A stretch of DNA of 63,139 bases, counting the filler, from Octopus bimaculoides (lineage: Eukaryota), in NCBI RefSeq assembly GCF_001194135.2. It is 7 parts of 7 records of this genome, joined end to end, with 100 filler letters (N's around TTAATTAATTAA, not from the genome) between each part and the next. Parts side by side here need not be neighbours in the genome. Positions count along the whole stretch, not along the records: positions 45,153 to 52,306 come from NC_068983.1; positions 52,407 to 55,060 come from NC_068981.1; positions 55,161 to 57,213 come from NC_069003.1; positions 57,314 to 63,139 come from NC_068994.1; 3 more parts are not named here. The stretch is one strand, 5' to 3'. Below the pieces are notes generated by a model. That model was not told the origin of the DNA, searched no databases, and saw only the letters and a program-made list of their open reading frames with translations. Below are positions 47,041 through 58,908 of this stretch, piece after piece. Positions within the stretch are counted from its first letter, which is position 1. The number at the start of each line of letters is the position of its first letter. Both the position numbers and the translations under genes were made by a program.

Positions 47041-47644
47041 TCTTGTCATATACATACACTCGCACAGGTACACACACATACATACACAGACACACACAGA
47101 CACTTACGCACATAATTTAATAGAGAGGAATGTTGTATATGTGCGTTTAAATATGCATGCACTTGTAGAGCGAGCGAGCTACACATGATGCGCACACAGA
47201 TGTATAGTTATGTGTGTGAATGTGCATGTGCATATATTATACATGCAATGTGTGTGCGTGTGTGCGTGCATGTGTATGTGTAGGTGTGTGTGCGTGCGCA
47301 TGCGTAATGTAAGTACGGTGGATGTATGTTTGAATAGTATTGTTTACTGAAGTGATATACGTAAACATTTCGTGTCATTTATGTAACAAACCACGTCATA
47401 AAAATGTGTGATTTTTATATACAAACATACTCCCAGATACACATGTACACCTCTCTCAGCAAATATAGTAATTCTTATTCTACATGCATACATACGTACA
47501 AACATGCACACATACATACACACATGCGTACACACGTAGATACATATGTACGTACATAACATACATACAAATAAAAAATACCCTGTTGTTGATATTGAAA
47601 TTCCAATGAAGGAACCTTGGATCTAGGTTAGAAACCGGCTCTAA

Positions 47645-47735
47645 AGAATAAGTCCTGGGGTCAATTTGCTCGACTAAAGGCGGTGCTCCAGCATGACCGC
47701 AGTCAAATGACTGAAACAAGTAAAAGAGTAAAAGA
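47645..47735 (+). mobile_element. SINE D-module tail
   Basis: AATAAGTCCTGGGGTC...GGCGGTGCTCCAGCATGACCGCAGTCAAATGACTGAAACAAGTAAAAGAG. Confidence 0.85.
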
Positions 47736-47769
47736 GAGAGAGAGAATATATTAAAACATGAACCATTGG

Positions 47770-48715
47770 TATTTTGTTATGGAGAAATATATCACGCCCC
47801 AACTAACTGAAATTATAAAATTTCATTTTGTATATGAGCAGTCCATTAACGCATACAAAGAGCATACAAACGCCATTATAGAGTAAGGAACCTGCTCTCT
47901 AACTGCGCAATTATTCATCTAATTCATTGTTTCTTAAAACAGGGCTCTGTGCTTGACTTGCTATGACTTGGAAAACCACGTTCCACCGGAACTTCGGAAA
48001 ACCTATATCGCATTGAGAAAAGCATCCTGAAAGTTGCAACATCTACAAGACAGCGTTCCCGAGAGCTTGAGATTCCCCAGAACGTCCCTGTAGCTACTTC
48101 AAGAAGATTTGTATATGTACTCATACAAGATGTAACTAGGGCCAGAAACAAAGCCGTTAGATTACCAAGGACTACAGAATTCTACTGTTCGTTTTCAGGA
48201 AATGGCAAATCATAGCGATGAAGCCCATTTTCACCTCAATGAATGTTTCATTAAGCAAAACAGCTGATTCTGGAGAAGTGAAAATCCGAGAACCAATCAT
48301 CAGCGTCGATTGCATTCCACTCAAAGTCACGGTTTGGTGTGGGGTGACTTCAGAAAAATAATCGGACCATACTTCTTTGAAAATAAAAGGGGCAACGCAT
48401 TGAAGGTGACTGGTGTCTGTTACCGAGAAATGTTGGAGCAGTTTTTCCGTTAAGTAATTCAGGACACCCCAGAGGTTTGGTGGCAGAAAAATTGAGCAAC
48501 TGCTCAAACTGCGAGAGAGACTATGCAACTCCTGATAAACCTCTTTGGTGAAAGAATAGTTTCAAATACGGCAGATTTCGAGTGGTCACCCAGTTCTCCA
48601 TATCTAACCACACCTGACATTTTTCTGTGTGGCTATCTAAAAGATCGCATATACATTAACAAACTCGTAATATCCAAAACTGAAGGAAAATATTCAAACA
48701 GAAATTCGTGCAAGA
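47770..48715 (+). mobile_element. Tc1/mariner-superfamily transposase remnant, DD41D/rosa-like
   Basis: SDEAHFHLN..., KVTVWCGV, IGPYFFE, LFGERIVS...W..SSP.LT.PD.FL.GYLK; frameshifted, so DDD spacing cannot be counted directly. Confidence 0.75.
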
Positions 48716-49040
48716 AAGAGAAAAAGTTGATAAATATGGAGACCTGAAAATTGAGATCGCTAAGATGTGACAGCTACGAGAGTCGAACATAAAGGTTATC
48801 CTTATTGTTATTGGAGCATTGGGTCCAGTACCACCCAATCTGAATAAACATCTGAAAACTTTAGAAATAGCCTACAATCTAGATGTATTGCAAAAGTCGG
48901 CATTACTTGGAACTGCACGCATATCGCGTAAAGTATTGTCTGTCTGAGGTCCTTGTTGTGACTCGACAAACAGTACTAACCCCCGGTAGATACAATATAT
49001 TCAATCAACAAGCTCACGATATTGTATACTGTACGACGTC

Positions 49041-49085
<45 letters not shown>

Positions 49086-49090
49086 AATAC

Positions 49091-49140
<50 letters not shown>
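48716..49140 (+). mobile_element. Dong/R4-type LINE 3' end with (TAA)n tail
   Basis: DKYGDLKIEIAKM...IVIGALG...LQKSALLGTARI.RKVL*, short 3' UTR, ~100 bp (AAT)n. Confidence 0.9.
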
Positions 49141-49143
<3 letters not shown>

Positions 49144-49519
49144 GGATATGTAGTGGGCATAATATTACTAATTAAGAAAATAGAGTAAAGGGTGGAGGTG
49201 GTATAGAAAAATGAGTTAATGATAATTTTAAAAACGGAAAGGTAAAGAAGTCAACTTGTGTTCAGAAAGGAAAAGGAAATGTAAAAAATACACTTCGTGC
49301 TTATACCAGAACATCGGAGTATAATGTCTTAAATATAGGACTGTTGTTGGCCACGAATTGTATGATGGACCTTAACTCAGTTCTCATGCCGTATAAACGA
49401 TTAGATTAAAACATTCCTCTCAATAATTGGGGTTCCAGTGCGTTGCAGAGTTAACTTTCCAACTATTGTCAGAACTCATTTACAACAGACCAGATTGAAA
49501 TATCAGGAAAGGAAATGCT

Positions 49520-49622
49520 TTGCTCAATGAAATGAAATGAATTGCTTTCCTTGGTCCGGAATCGAAACCACCATCTTGCGATCGTGAGTGCAACGCTCTA
49601 ACTGCTACACCACACGCCTTCC
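49520..49622 (-). mobile_element. SINE family C head
   Basis: GGCGTGTGGTGTAGCAGTTAGAGCG...GATCGCAAGATGGTGGTTTCGATTCCGG. Confidence 0.7.
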
Positions 49623-50916
49623 TGATATACAGTGATATTAAAAAGTAAATAAAATAAAAAAAATTAGAATATTATATTGATTTAAGTGTCAAGGCCGTGA
49701 TATTTGTGGAAAAGGAACACAAAGAATCGTTTGTAAATAGATATTGGTTCAAGGAAAGTTAATGAATTGAGTGACAATAAGCAAAGAACCCGTGGGAGAG
49801 GCGAAATAAATGAAATTTCTGATGGAGTCGGTACTTCCTGAATAAAGTTAGTGGATGATGTTCTTGTTATTTTCGGAGTAAAATTAAGGGATTATAGTGG
49901 GGTCAAAAGTTTCAAGCCCTGTGTTTACACGAAGCGATACTTTTGTTACGTAAGATTGTAGGAGATTGCTAAATTTAACAAAAGTTAAGCTTTCTCATTG
50001 TGAGACCTGTTATCGACAGTATCGGACCAAGCCCTAGATATTATTTAACATTTCACAATGTAATTAGCCGTCTACTCCTTTAACTCCCAGATATATTTCG
50101 AGAGTGACGTTTCATTTTTTTCCAGTTAGATTCCTATATGTGAAAGTATGATTGCTGTAGCGTAATTTAAACGGCATACTAGTATACGTACACACAGACA
50201 CATATCCATGTGTATGTTGTGCATGATACGTATGCGTTTGTATATTCATATGTGTGTGAATGGATTTTATATGTATGTGTGAATGAACAGAATTATTAGT
50301 GGTGACAATGCACCAGAAGATTTTATCCTTATCCGAGAAATCATGAACTAAATAGAACCCACTAGAGTTAATATAGATAGAATTAATTACCATATATATT
50401 TCTATGATTGGTGAAGTTGAGATTTTGAGAGCTGGAATACGCTAGGGCTTGTGCAATGTGTTACTGACATTTCAAAGTTAGTGCAATTAATTTTCTAAAC
50501 ATTATTGACATTAGTAATTTAGTAATATTAGTAAGCAGATTTCCTATAGTGAAGAATCCTTTAAGATGCTACTCATTCTAATATCGTAATATAAAGTAGT
50601 AGGGTTAAAGAAAGACTACGTTACGTAGAAAGGTAGTGACGTGTAAGCTAGTTCAGTCGGCTATAGAGTCCTACTGTGGTGAAAAACTGCCATACTTTCT
50701 ATATTAGTCGGATGAAAAGAGTCGCAAAAACAGAACACGACAAAAGCAATACTTTTCAAAAGGCTGGGTGAACCCACTAGAAGGTTAACGACCATCTGGT
50801 ATTAGTGTGAAAACATAGATATTCTAGTTTGGTGTGCGGCATGTCACTAGAGTAGTGGGCATGAAACAGCTTTTAGTTTTCTTTAAAAGATGTCTCTACT
50901 AGAAGCTTGCTCTCTT

Positions 50917-51140
50917 AAAGCGGCGAGCTGGCAGAAATGTTAGCACGCCGGGCGAAATGCTTAGCAGTATTTCGTCTGCTGTTACGTTCTGAGTTCAAAT
51001 TCCGCCGAGGTCGACTTTGCCTTTCATCCTTTCGGGGTCGATAAATTAAGTACCAGTTACGCACTGGGGTCGATGTAATCGACTTAATCCCTTTGTCTGT
51101 CTTTGTTTGTCCCCTTTATGTTGTGGGCAATAAGGAAATA
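50917..51140 (+). mobile_element. SINE family B, near-intact copy
   Basis: Complete head, central domain and tail; CpGs retained. Confidence 0.92.
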
Positions 51141-51558
51141 AGAAGCTTGGTTTCTTGTAAACCCAGAAGAGTACCGTCGTACACCGTGCACTCGGCTTCT
51201 GCTACCAGTTCCCCTCCCCCGCCAAAGTGCGGCAGGTCCTAGTGAAAGTTTCATTGCTATAATCAAACCATCTACGTGGGTTGTCTAACAGTTCAGTTCA
51301 TTTCTGTAATAATATCTTACAATTCCATTTGCTGTTTCCGGGATTAGACTTACACATAAAAGACACAATTAGGAAATAAAATTCTTCTACAGAAATGTTG
51401 GTCCTGAATCTAATATGTGAGTCCATTAGATATAAATATATAGAGGATGAATCTGCATGCATGCATACATACATATATACATACATACATACATACATAC
51501 ATGCATACATATATACACATTTACATGTTTATATTTAGATGAATGTATACACATATGC

Positions 51559-51609
<51 letters not shown>

Positions 51610-51957
51610 GTATATATGTATATGCATAAAATGAATAGGAATGCCTTTCTGAGAATTTTTCCACTTTGATAATTAAATGTTTATAAATCATTAGGTGTGT
51701 GTGTGTGTATTTATATGTGTGTATGTATATATATATGTATATATATGTGTGAGTGTGTATATATATGTGTGCGTGTGTGTATATATATATATGTGTAGAT
51801 AGATATATATACACACACTTACATACAGATATACATATAAATATACGTATATGTATGTTTGTATATATATATATTCATATATGCATGCATACATACAATC
51901 ACACATACATACATACATACATACATATCTATCTATCTATCTGTCTGTCTGTCTCAG

Positions 51958-52010
<53 letters not shown>

Positions 52011-52407
52011 TTATCTAGCTAGCTTGCTAGGACAAAATGCATATATACAGTACAACACACATTTACAATAAGTCCTCCATTGTCGTTCTACCAACCTTCC
52101 TAAACGTACGTAACATATTTAGAATACAGTACAGATGCACTCAGTCACTAATCAGTCATTCGCGTCTGGCTGGCTGGCTTGTTTGCTGGCTGGTTGTGCT
52201 GACTGGCACACTATTTGAGGTTGTACTGCAGGCTGGCTGCAATTTTAATAACTTCGCTGGCAGAAATATTTGATAGTCGAGAGAGAGAGAGAGTGAGACA
52301 GAGAGANNNNNNNNNNNNNNNNNNNNNNNNNNNNNNNNNNNNNNNNNNNNTTAATTAATTAANNNNNNNNNNNNNNNNNNNNNNNNNNNNNNNNNNNNNN
52401 NNNNNNA

Positions 52408-52966
52408 ACAATCTTGAATGAACCGGCCGCTGGCTAAGACATACTTATAACTCCCATGTCCCTTACCCACTCCGATACTACCTACAAGTTTAAACAGATG
52501 CAATTTCCCATCAAACTCTGCTTTCCCATGACAATCAACAAGGCTCAGGGACAATCAGTGCAAGCGGTTGGTTTGAATCTGACAGAGCAATTATTCTCAC
52601 ACGCACAACTGTACGTTGGCTGTCCCCATGGTCTTTCTATTTGTGCACCCGAGGGAAGGACGAAGAATGTTGTCTACCAAGAGGCACTCCAATGATAACA
52701 ACGGCAACTTCAACTGCTCCAATTTCAACTCCGCAATATTTTCATCATCCTGCCAGCCCACGTAAGTCCAATCTTGCTTTTCTCTCCTTACTAACTCACC
52801 ATGGCATTCTTTTTTTTTCTACCAAGATCCGTCACTCAAACACCACTTCGTATCCACTTCGTATCCACTTCGTATCCACTTCGTATCCACTTCTTCCTCT
52901 TTTTTATGTCTTCGTTTCTCTCTTCGCGTCGTTCTCTGACCGGGTGAAACCGGGCTTAGCTGCTAG
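52408..52966 (+). mobile_element. Helitron 3' end: PIF1 helicase C-terminus, terminal hairpin and CTAG|T
   Basis: QFPIKLCFPMTINKAQGQS...GLNL...FSHAQLYV...TKNVVYQEAL; CCGGGTGAAACCGGG...GCTAG-T. Confidence 0.9.
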
Positions 52967-53569
52967 TATTCATGTAAAAGTCATAAACATATCTCATGTT
53001 TATACAAAGTCACCCGATGTAACAGATCTAACACCCAACACAGTTACAAATATTTAAATCAATCTACCTCATAAGCGTGGCTTTAATATAGTTTTGCAGT
53101 TGGCACTGAAGAGAGTATAGTGAATCTTGAAGCAGTGCCATGCAGTGTATCCCGCTTTTCCCGTCTACGTTGAAGTTGAATAAACATTATAGACATTTAT
53201 GACTGTCGTACATAGCTAGTAAATTTATGTAATCGATGAATGCAGCGATGGTTAAAACCTATGGGCATACCACATATTAACTATTAGTATGTATATATTG
53301 AATGTTTATGCATGCATATACTAATGTATGTATATGTATGCATATGCTAATGCATGCATGTATTGTATATATATATTTTCTCCTCATCTCTTACATGTAA
53401 CCATCTTCCTATTATCGCTTTTTAAATTTGGCACCCTACTTCTCAATTTGCGGTTGTCGTTATTAATTTTCTAGTCACACTCCCTCGTTTTCCAAAATTG
53501 CTTTTATTTTCGTTTATATTTTTCTATTTTTTATTACTGTCCAATATGTCTTGCCTTGTATGCCTCCTT

Positions 53570-54110
53570 TTAGCGTCGGGGAAAATGCTTTGCAATATTT
53601 CGTCCAACTAAGGCGGCGAGCTGGCAGAATGCCGGGAAAATACTTAGCGGCATTTGGTCCGTCTTTATGTTCTGAGTTCCCATTCCACCGAGGTTGACTT
53701 TTCGTTTCATCCTCTCGGAGTCCATAAAATAAGTACCAGTTGAGCACTGGGATCGATCACGACACCATTTGAACAGATAAAAAGCAAAGTCGACCCCAAC
53801 ACTATTTGCACTGAGAATGTAAAGTCGGATGAAATGCCGACTTTACATTCTCAATTTAAAAGGTGTCGGGGTCGACTTACCTTTTTATCTTTTGATGTCG
53901 ATTAAATAAGTACCAGTTGAGTACTGGGTCGATGTAATCGACTTATCTCCACTCCCAAAATTTGCAACCAATATTTCTTCCAACTCTTTACGTTCTGAGT
54001 TCACTTCACACCTGGGTCAACTTTACTTTCAATCTTTCAGGATCGATAAAATCCCAGTCAAATATGGGGAGAGATAGTATCGACTTGTCTCCTCCCCTCA
54101 AAATTGATAG
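53570..54110. mobile_element. Cluster of several SINE-B copies/fragments including a 53-bp-arm fold-back (53776-53889)
   Basis: Repeated GGTCGAT, AAGTACCAGTT and GTTGACT motifs in both orientations. Confidence 0.85.
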
Positions 54111-54474
54111 CCATGTGACCAAATGAGAAAAAATTATTTTCTTTTCCACCACCCTTATTCTTTATTATTCTCTTCTCTCTCCTTGCTACCCCCTCTCCCC
54201 CTCTCTCTTTATATATATATATATGTATGTATATATATNNNNNNNNNNNNNNNNNNNNNNNNNNNNNNNNNNNNNNNNNNNNNNNNNNNNNNNNNNNNNN
54301 NNNNNNNNATATATATATATATATATATATATAATATAAATAATATATATATGCATATATACATACGTATATGTACATAGCTACATCTATACGTATATAT
54401 AGAAGCATACGTGGGCACATGACGTCATGAAACGTGTACAATAAAAATATACGAAGCACGAGGGCATGGAACAT

Positions 54475-54790
54475 GAACTATTCTTTCGAACAACAAAAGA
54501 CACAAATGGCAAACAAAGCAAACAACATAAAGAACGACCCTTCATTAGTTGTTGGCTGTTTTTCTAGTCTCGTATTTCGAGCATTTAACAACAATATACA
54601 CTTTCGATAAAACAGTTGCTCCCTCAAAACAAATTAAATAAATTTGGGGGTTTTGCGGAGGGTCAAAATAGGTAACACAAACAGGTCAGTGAAAACAAAC
54701 AGGAAGGGCTGCTAAACCTAAACGAGGTTGTTGTGGCGAACGCGTAAATCAAACGTGGACAGGAGACAAACAAGAATACGTCTTCGTTGT
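54475..54790 (-). mobile_element. Penelope-like pLTR fragment
   Basis: HHR core followed by a GT-rich tract (TGTGTCTTTT...GAATAGT) shared with the 3850-3965 insert. The class assignment is inference. Confidence 0.55.
54537..54600 (-). ncRNA. Hammerhead-like motif with non-nested (pseudoknotted) helix order, copy 2
   Basis: UGUAU A|UUGUUG UUAAAU GCUC GAAA UACG (16 nt) CAACAA CUAAUGA A GGGU. Stems are 5, 6 and 4 bp; the core has G5A. Confidence 0.6.
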
Positions 54791-55319
54791 TCCAGCTTCA
54801 ACGGAGAGAAAGAAAGAAACAGAAGTAAGAAGTTGGCTGATGGTCACGTGAAAACCACGTGAGCAAGCGAGGAGGAGTGAAGTAGAGAGAGTGACAGAGT
54901 AATAGGAAAGAACAGTGAGAGAAGAGGAGGTAAAAGGATAGGAGAGAGAAAGAGAGAAAAACGAAAGATTAAAAAGATCGTACAGAGTGCACATCACAAT
55001 TATTGAGATAAAACTTACTTGGAAGAGGATGCGTGGCGTTCAATCATGTAATAATATATANNNNNNNNNNNNNNNNNNNNNNNNNNNNNNNNNNNNNNNN
55101 NNNNTTAATTAATTAANNNNNNNNNNNNNNNNNNNNNNNNNNNNNNNNNNNNNNNNNNNNGGGGGGGGGGAGTGCTGTAAGACAGAAACACAAAGCCACA
55201 CTCTCTCACAGGCACACACATACATACATGCACAAATAAACGCATGCATGCATACGTAAATAAATAAATACATACATACATACATACATACGTACATACG
55301 TACATACATACAATTCTAT

Positions 55320-55468
55320 CAATTTCCGACGTCTACCAAATCCACTCACAAGGCTTTGGTCGACCAGCGGCTACATAGAAGACACTTGCCCAAGGTGTCA
55401 CGCAATGGGACTGAACTGGGAACCATGTGGTTGGAAAGCAAACATGTCACACACAACCACGCCTGCGC
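55320..55468 (-). mobile_element. SINE family A
   Basis: CTACCAAATCCACTCACAAGGCTTTGGTCG...GACACTTGCCCAAGGTG. Confidence 0.88.
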
Positions 55469-55744
55469 ATAGTACATGTTTTTAAAGCCTGGTATTTATT
55501 CTATGGACAGGCTTCCACACAGTTTTCATCTACCAAAATTGAACTTGCAAGGCATTGACCCCCAAGCGGTGTTGGTAAGAAAAAAAACTATTCCTTTTGT
55601 AACCAATCTGCCTGAGACCGCCCTCGAACTATGACAGGAGCTTATTGCTCAGAAGAAATATAACTAAAAAAAACTTTCAATCAAAATTTCATCTAAGTTT
55701 ACGTTCTAAACACCAAATTGGTAACGGTTTCAAATTTTGGTTAC

Positions 55745-55925
55745 AGGGCCAACAGTTTTTGTGGGAAAGGGGAAGTTGATTACATTGACTCCAGTATTTA
55801 TGTGGTACTTACTTTATCGACCCCGAATGAAGGGCAAAATCCTGGGGTCGATTTGTTCTACTTAACAGCGATGCTCCAGCATGGCCGCGGTCAAATGACA
55901 GAAACGTGTAAAAGAATAAAAGTGT
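55745..55925. mobile_element. Chimera: SINE-B (-) joined to a D-module tail (+)
   Basis: ATCGACCCC-19nt-GGGGTCGAT at the junction, then GATGCTCCAGCATGGCCGCGGTCAAATGAC. Confidence 0.7.
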
Positions 55926-56478
55926 ATATATATATATATATATGTATGTAGGTGTGTGTGTGTGTTTATGTGTGTGGGTATATATTCAGAGATATACTCC
56001 ACACAGACACATATACACACAAGTATACAATACATACACACATACATACATACAAACATACATACATGCATACACACATACATGCATGCATGCATGCATA
56101 CATACATACATACATACATACATATTGTAGGCGATACCTACACTAACCGCCACACAACCCTGCACGCCCACTTGGATATTATGATTGCTAAAAGAGATAT
56201 TTGTACATACACACATATATATATATATACATAGAGGAAGAGTGATAACGAGACATAAAATAGCGACAAGCCAGTCCTGGCTACTTATCCCTGGGAAGAG
56301 AGCATGTGTTGAATGACATGTCATTATGTTAATAACTAGCACTTAGGTATCTTGATATTAAAATGCGTTTTGGACGCAGTTTAGAGAGAGTGTAGCCACG
56401 TACTTCCAAATAAGCTTTCTCGTGTATTTCAATAGCTACGATTGTGTTTGTGCGAAGGCTATGTAGATATACGTGTGC

Positions 56479-56520
<42 letters not shown>

Positions 56521-57070
56521 ATGTATATATATATATGTATATATATATATATTTCACGCAGGCATATATAGAAATATATTCATGCACAACACACACAATT
56601 ATGGATGTAAACACACACACACATACGCACACGTAGTAAGTTTTATTCAGATATGGTAATTTCCAAATCTATTCGTTGATATCTTCGGTGCTTTCCGCAG
56701 CATTTATGGGGCGTAAATGCACCCCTGGAATGCTTGATATAATTTTAAAATAACTTTCGAAGATCCGGTTTCTTCCCAGAAAGAAAAAGAATATTTTTTA
56801 TCATCAACACTAAAAGTCACTTTTCAGAAATTTATGCAACATTGAAACCTTATCCATGGCCATTTTCCATAATATTAATTCATGCCACCCGACTTAAGAA
56901 TTAAACGTTTTTAGTGCATGGGTGTATGTAAATATACATACATACATACATACATACATGTATGTATGTGTATATATACTTAAACATATGTGTGTGTGTG
57001 TGTGTGCGTGTGTGTGTGTGTGCATATGCATGTATGTATGTATATATCTAATACATATATGTGTGTGTGT

Positions 57071-57187
57071 ATACGACGGTCTTCTTACAGTTTCCGTCTA
57101 CCAAAATCCATTGACAAGGCTTTGGTCGACCCGACCAGAGTAGAAGACGGAATTTGGCAGACGGAAACTGAAAGAAGCCCGTCGTAT
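57071..57187. repeat. Inverted pair of SINE-A 3' ends (39-bp arms, 4 mismatches)
   Basis: ATACGACGGTCTTCTTACAGTTTCCGTCTACCAAAATCC / GGAATTTGGCAGACGGAAACTGAAAGAAGCCCGTCGTAT. Confidence 0.9.
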
Positions 57188-57444
57188 ATATATATATATA
57201 ATATATATATATANNNNNNNNNNNNNNNNNNNNNNNNNNNNNNNNNNNNNNNNNNNNTTAATTAATTAANNNNNNNNNNNNNNNNNNNNNNNNNNNNNNN
57301 NNNNNNNNNNNNNTATATATATACATATATGTAATCACAGAAACACATACATACATATTTGTATACACATATACACAGATATTAATATCTTCCCACATAT
57401 TAATATATTTCAATACATGTATGAGTATATGTATGTATGTATAT

Positions 57445-57725
57445 AATTATCATCATCATCATCATCGTTTAACGTCCTCTTTCCATGGTGGCATGGGTTG
57501 GACGATTTGACTGAGGACTGGCGAACTAGATGGCTACACCATGCTCCAAATCTGATCTGGCAGAGTTTCCACAGCTGGATGCCCTTCCTAACGCCAACCA
57601 CTCCGAGAGTGTAATGGGTGCTTTTACGTGCCACCAGCACGTTGGCCAGTCACATGGTACTGGCAACGGCCACGCTCATTTGGGATGTTTTTTATGCGCC
57701 ACCTGCGTGGGTGCCAGTCCAGCGG

Positions 57726-57728
<3 letters not shown>
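57445..57728 (-). mobile_element. RTE 3' UTR-only copy with (GAT)n tail
   Basis: CATCATCGTTTAACGTCC...GCTGGATGCCCTTCCTAACGCCAACCACTCCGAG. Confidence 0.85.
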
Positions 57729-57764
<36 letters not shown>

Positions 57765-57937
57765 AATATATATTTCTATATATACATTTACATACACAGA
57801 CTCAAAAGCATATTGCGTATATAGTACATGCAGGGAGTGAGATAGATAAGCATATACCTAGATGGATACAAACAGAATGAAATATATTGATATATGTCAC
57901 TACATGAAACTGATATATGTACATGTATACATATATA

Positions 57938-58779
57938 CAATGTGCGATGGGTAAATTGTTGCCATTTTATACTTTTAATTTCACACATGCACATTGTTTG
58001 TTTCTGATTTTGTCCACTGCACAGTATAGTAGGGTCTGCTGAGCACTCTCTGAGAGAAAAACAGCACGATCACGCAATTCACTCTGCCAGAAATTTGGAA
58101 ACAACATGCTGTACTGCTTGGTTTTCGCACCAGAGGTTCCTATACGAACATTTCAGTGTGTTTGGGTGTCAACCTGAGGACATGTACTGAGAGTGATAAA
58201 AATCAAACATCCAGTCAACATCATGGTGTTTGGAGTGATCACTAGTGATGTTGGCATTGTGCCTCCATTCATCTTTTCACTCGGCCTCAGACTGAACACG
58301 AAGGCCTACATCAAGTGCCTGGAGGAGGTAGTGCTGCCCTGGGTCAAGAGGGTAGCTGCTGGAAGACCCTATCTCTGGCAACAGGACTCTGCACCATGCC
58401 ACACAAGCAGGAGAACCCAGTCGTGGCTGTGAGATAATTTCTGTGACCACATCACCCCTAACATCTGGCCACCTAACACTCCAAAATGCAACCCCCTTGA
58501 TTATGATGTGTGGGGCGCAGTTAAGTGAGAGACACCAAAGATAAACTGAAGGCAAGGATTATGGAAGCATTCAGTGACTTAAACAAGGAGACTGTCCAGA
58601 AGAGTTGCAGGAGATTCCGAAGTCATCTGGAGGCCAATGGGGATTTTATTGAATAAATTTACTCTTTAGAATTTCAAGATATTTTTATGTAATTTTGATT
58701 AAGATATCTGTTAAAATTAGATGTCAGTGTTATTTTCATTTTTGCATAATTTAGACTTCAATTTATTCACCGCAACCTG
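57938..58779 (+). mobile_element. maT (DD37D) Tc1/mariner element, internally deleted, TA-flanked
   Basis: WQQDSAPCH...(37 aa)...NPLDYDVW; degenerate TIRs CAATGTGCGATGGGTAAATTG / CAGGTTGCGGTGAATAAATTG. Confidence 0.85.
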
Positions 58780-58883
58780 TATATATTTACACACATACAT
58801 ATATATACATATACACTTACACACATACATATATATACATATACACACACGCACATATCCATATATATATATATAGCTATATA

Positions 58884-58908
58884 TTGGGCCATCCCATAAA
58901 TAAATAAA
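58884..58908 (+). mobile_element. mariner TIR (same family as 30180) running into a gap
   Basis: TA|TTGGGCCATCCCATAAATAA. Confidence 0.7.

Noticed and set aside
51084-51266. Arg-rich ORF resembling a mitochondrial transit peptide
   Set aside because: It runs into a SINE tail and has no donor site.
56710-56830. Minus-strand peptide EKVTFSVDDKKYSFSFWEETGS, faintly Rho-GTPase-like
   Set aside because: In-frame stops upstream, no G-box motifs and no splice sites.
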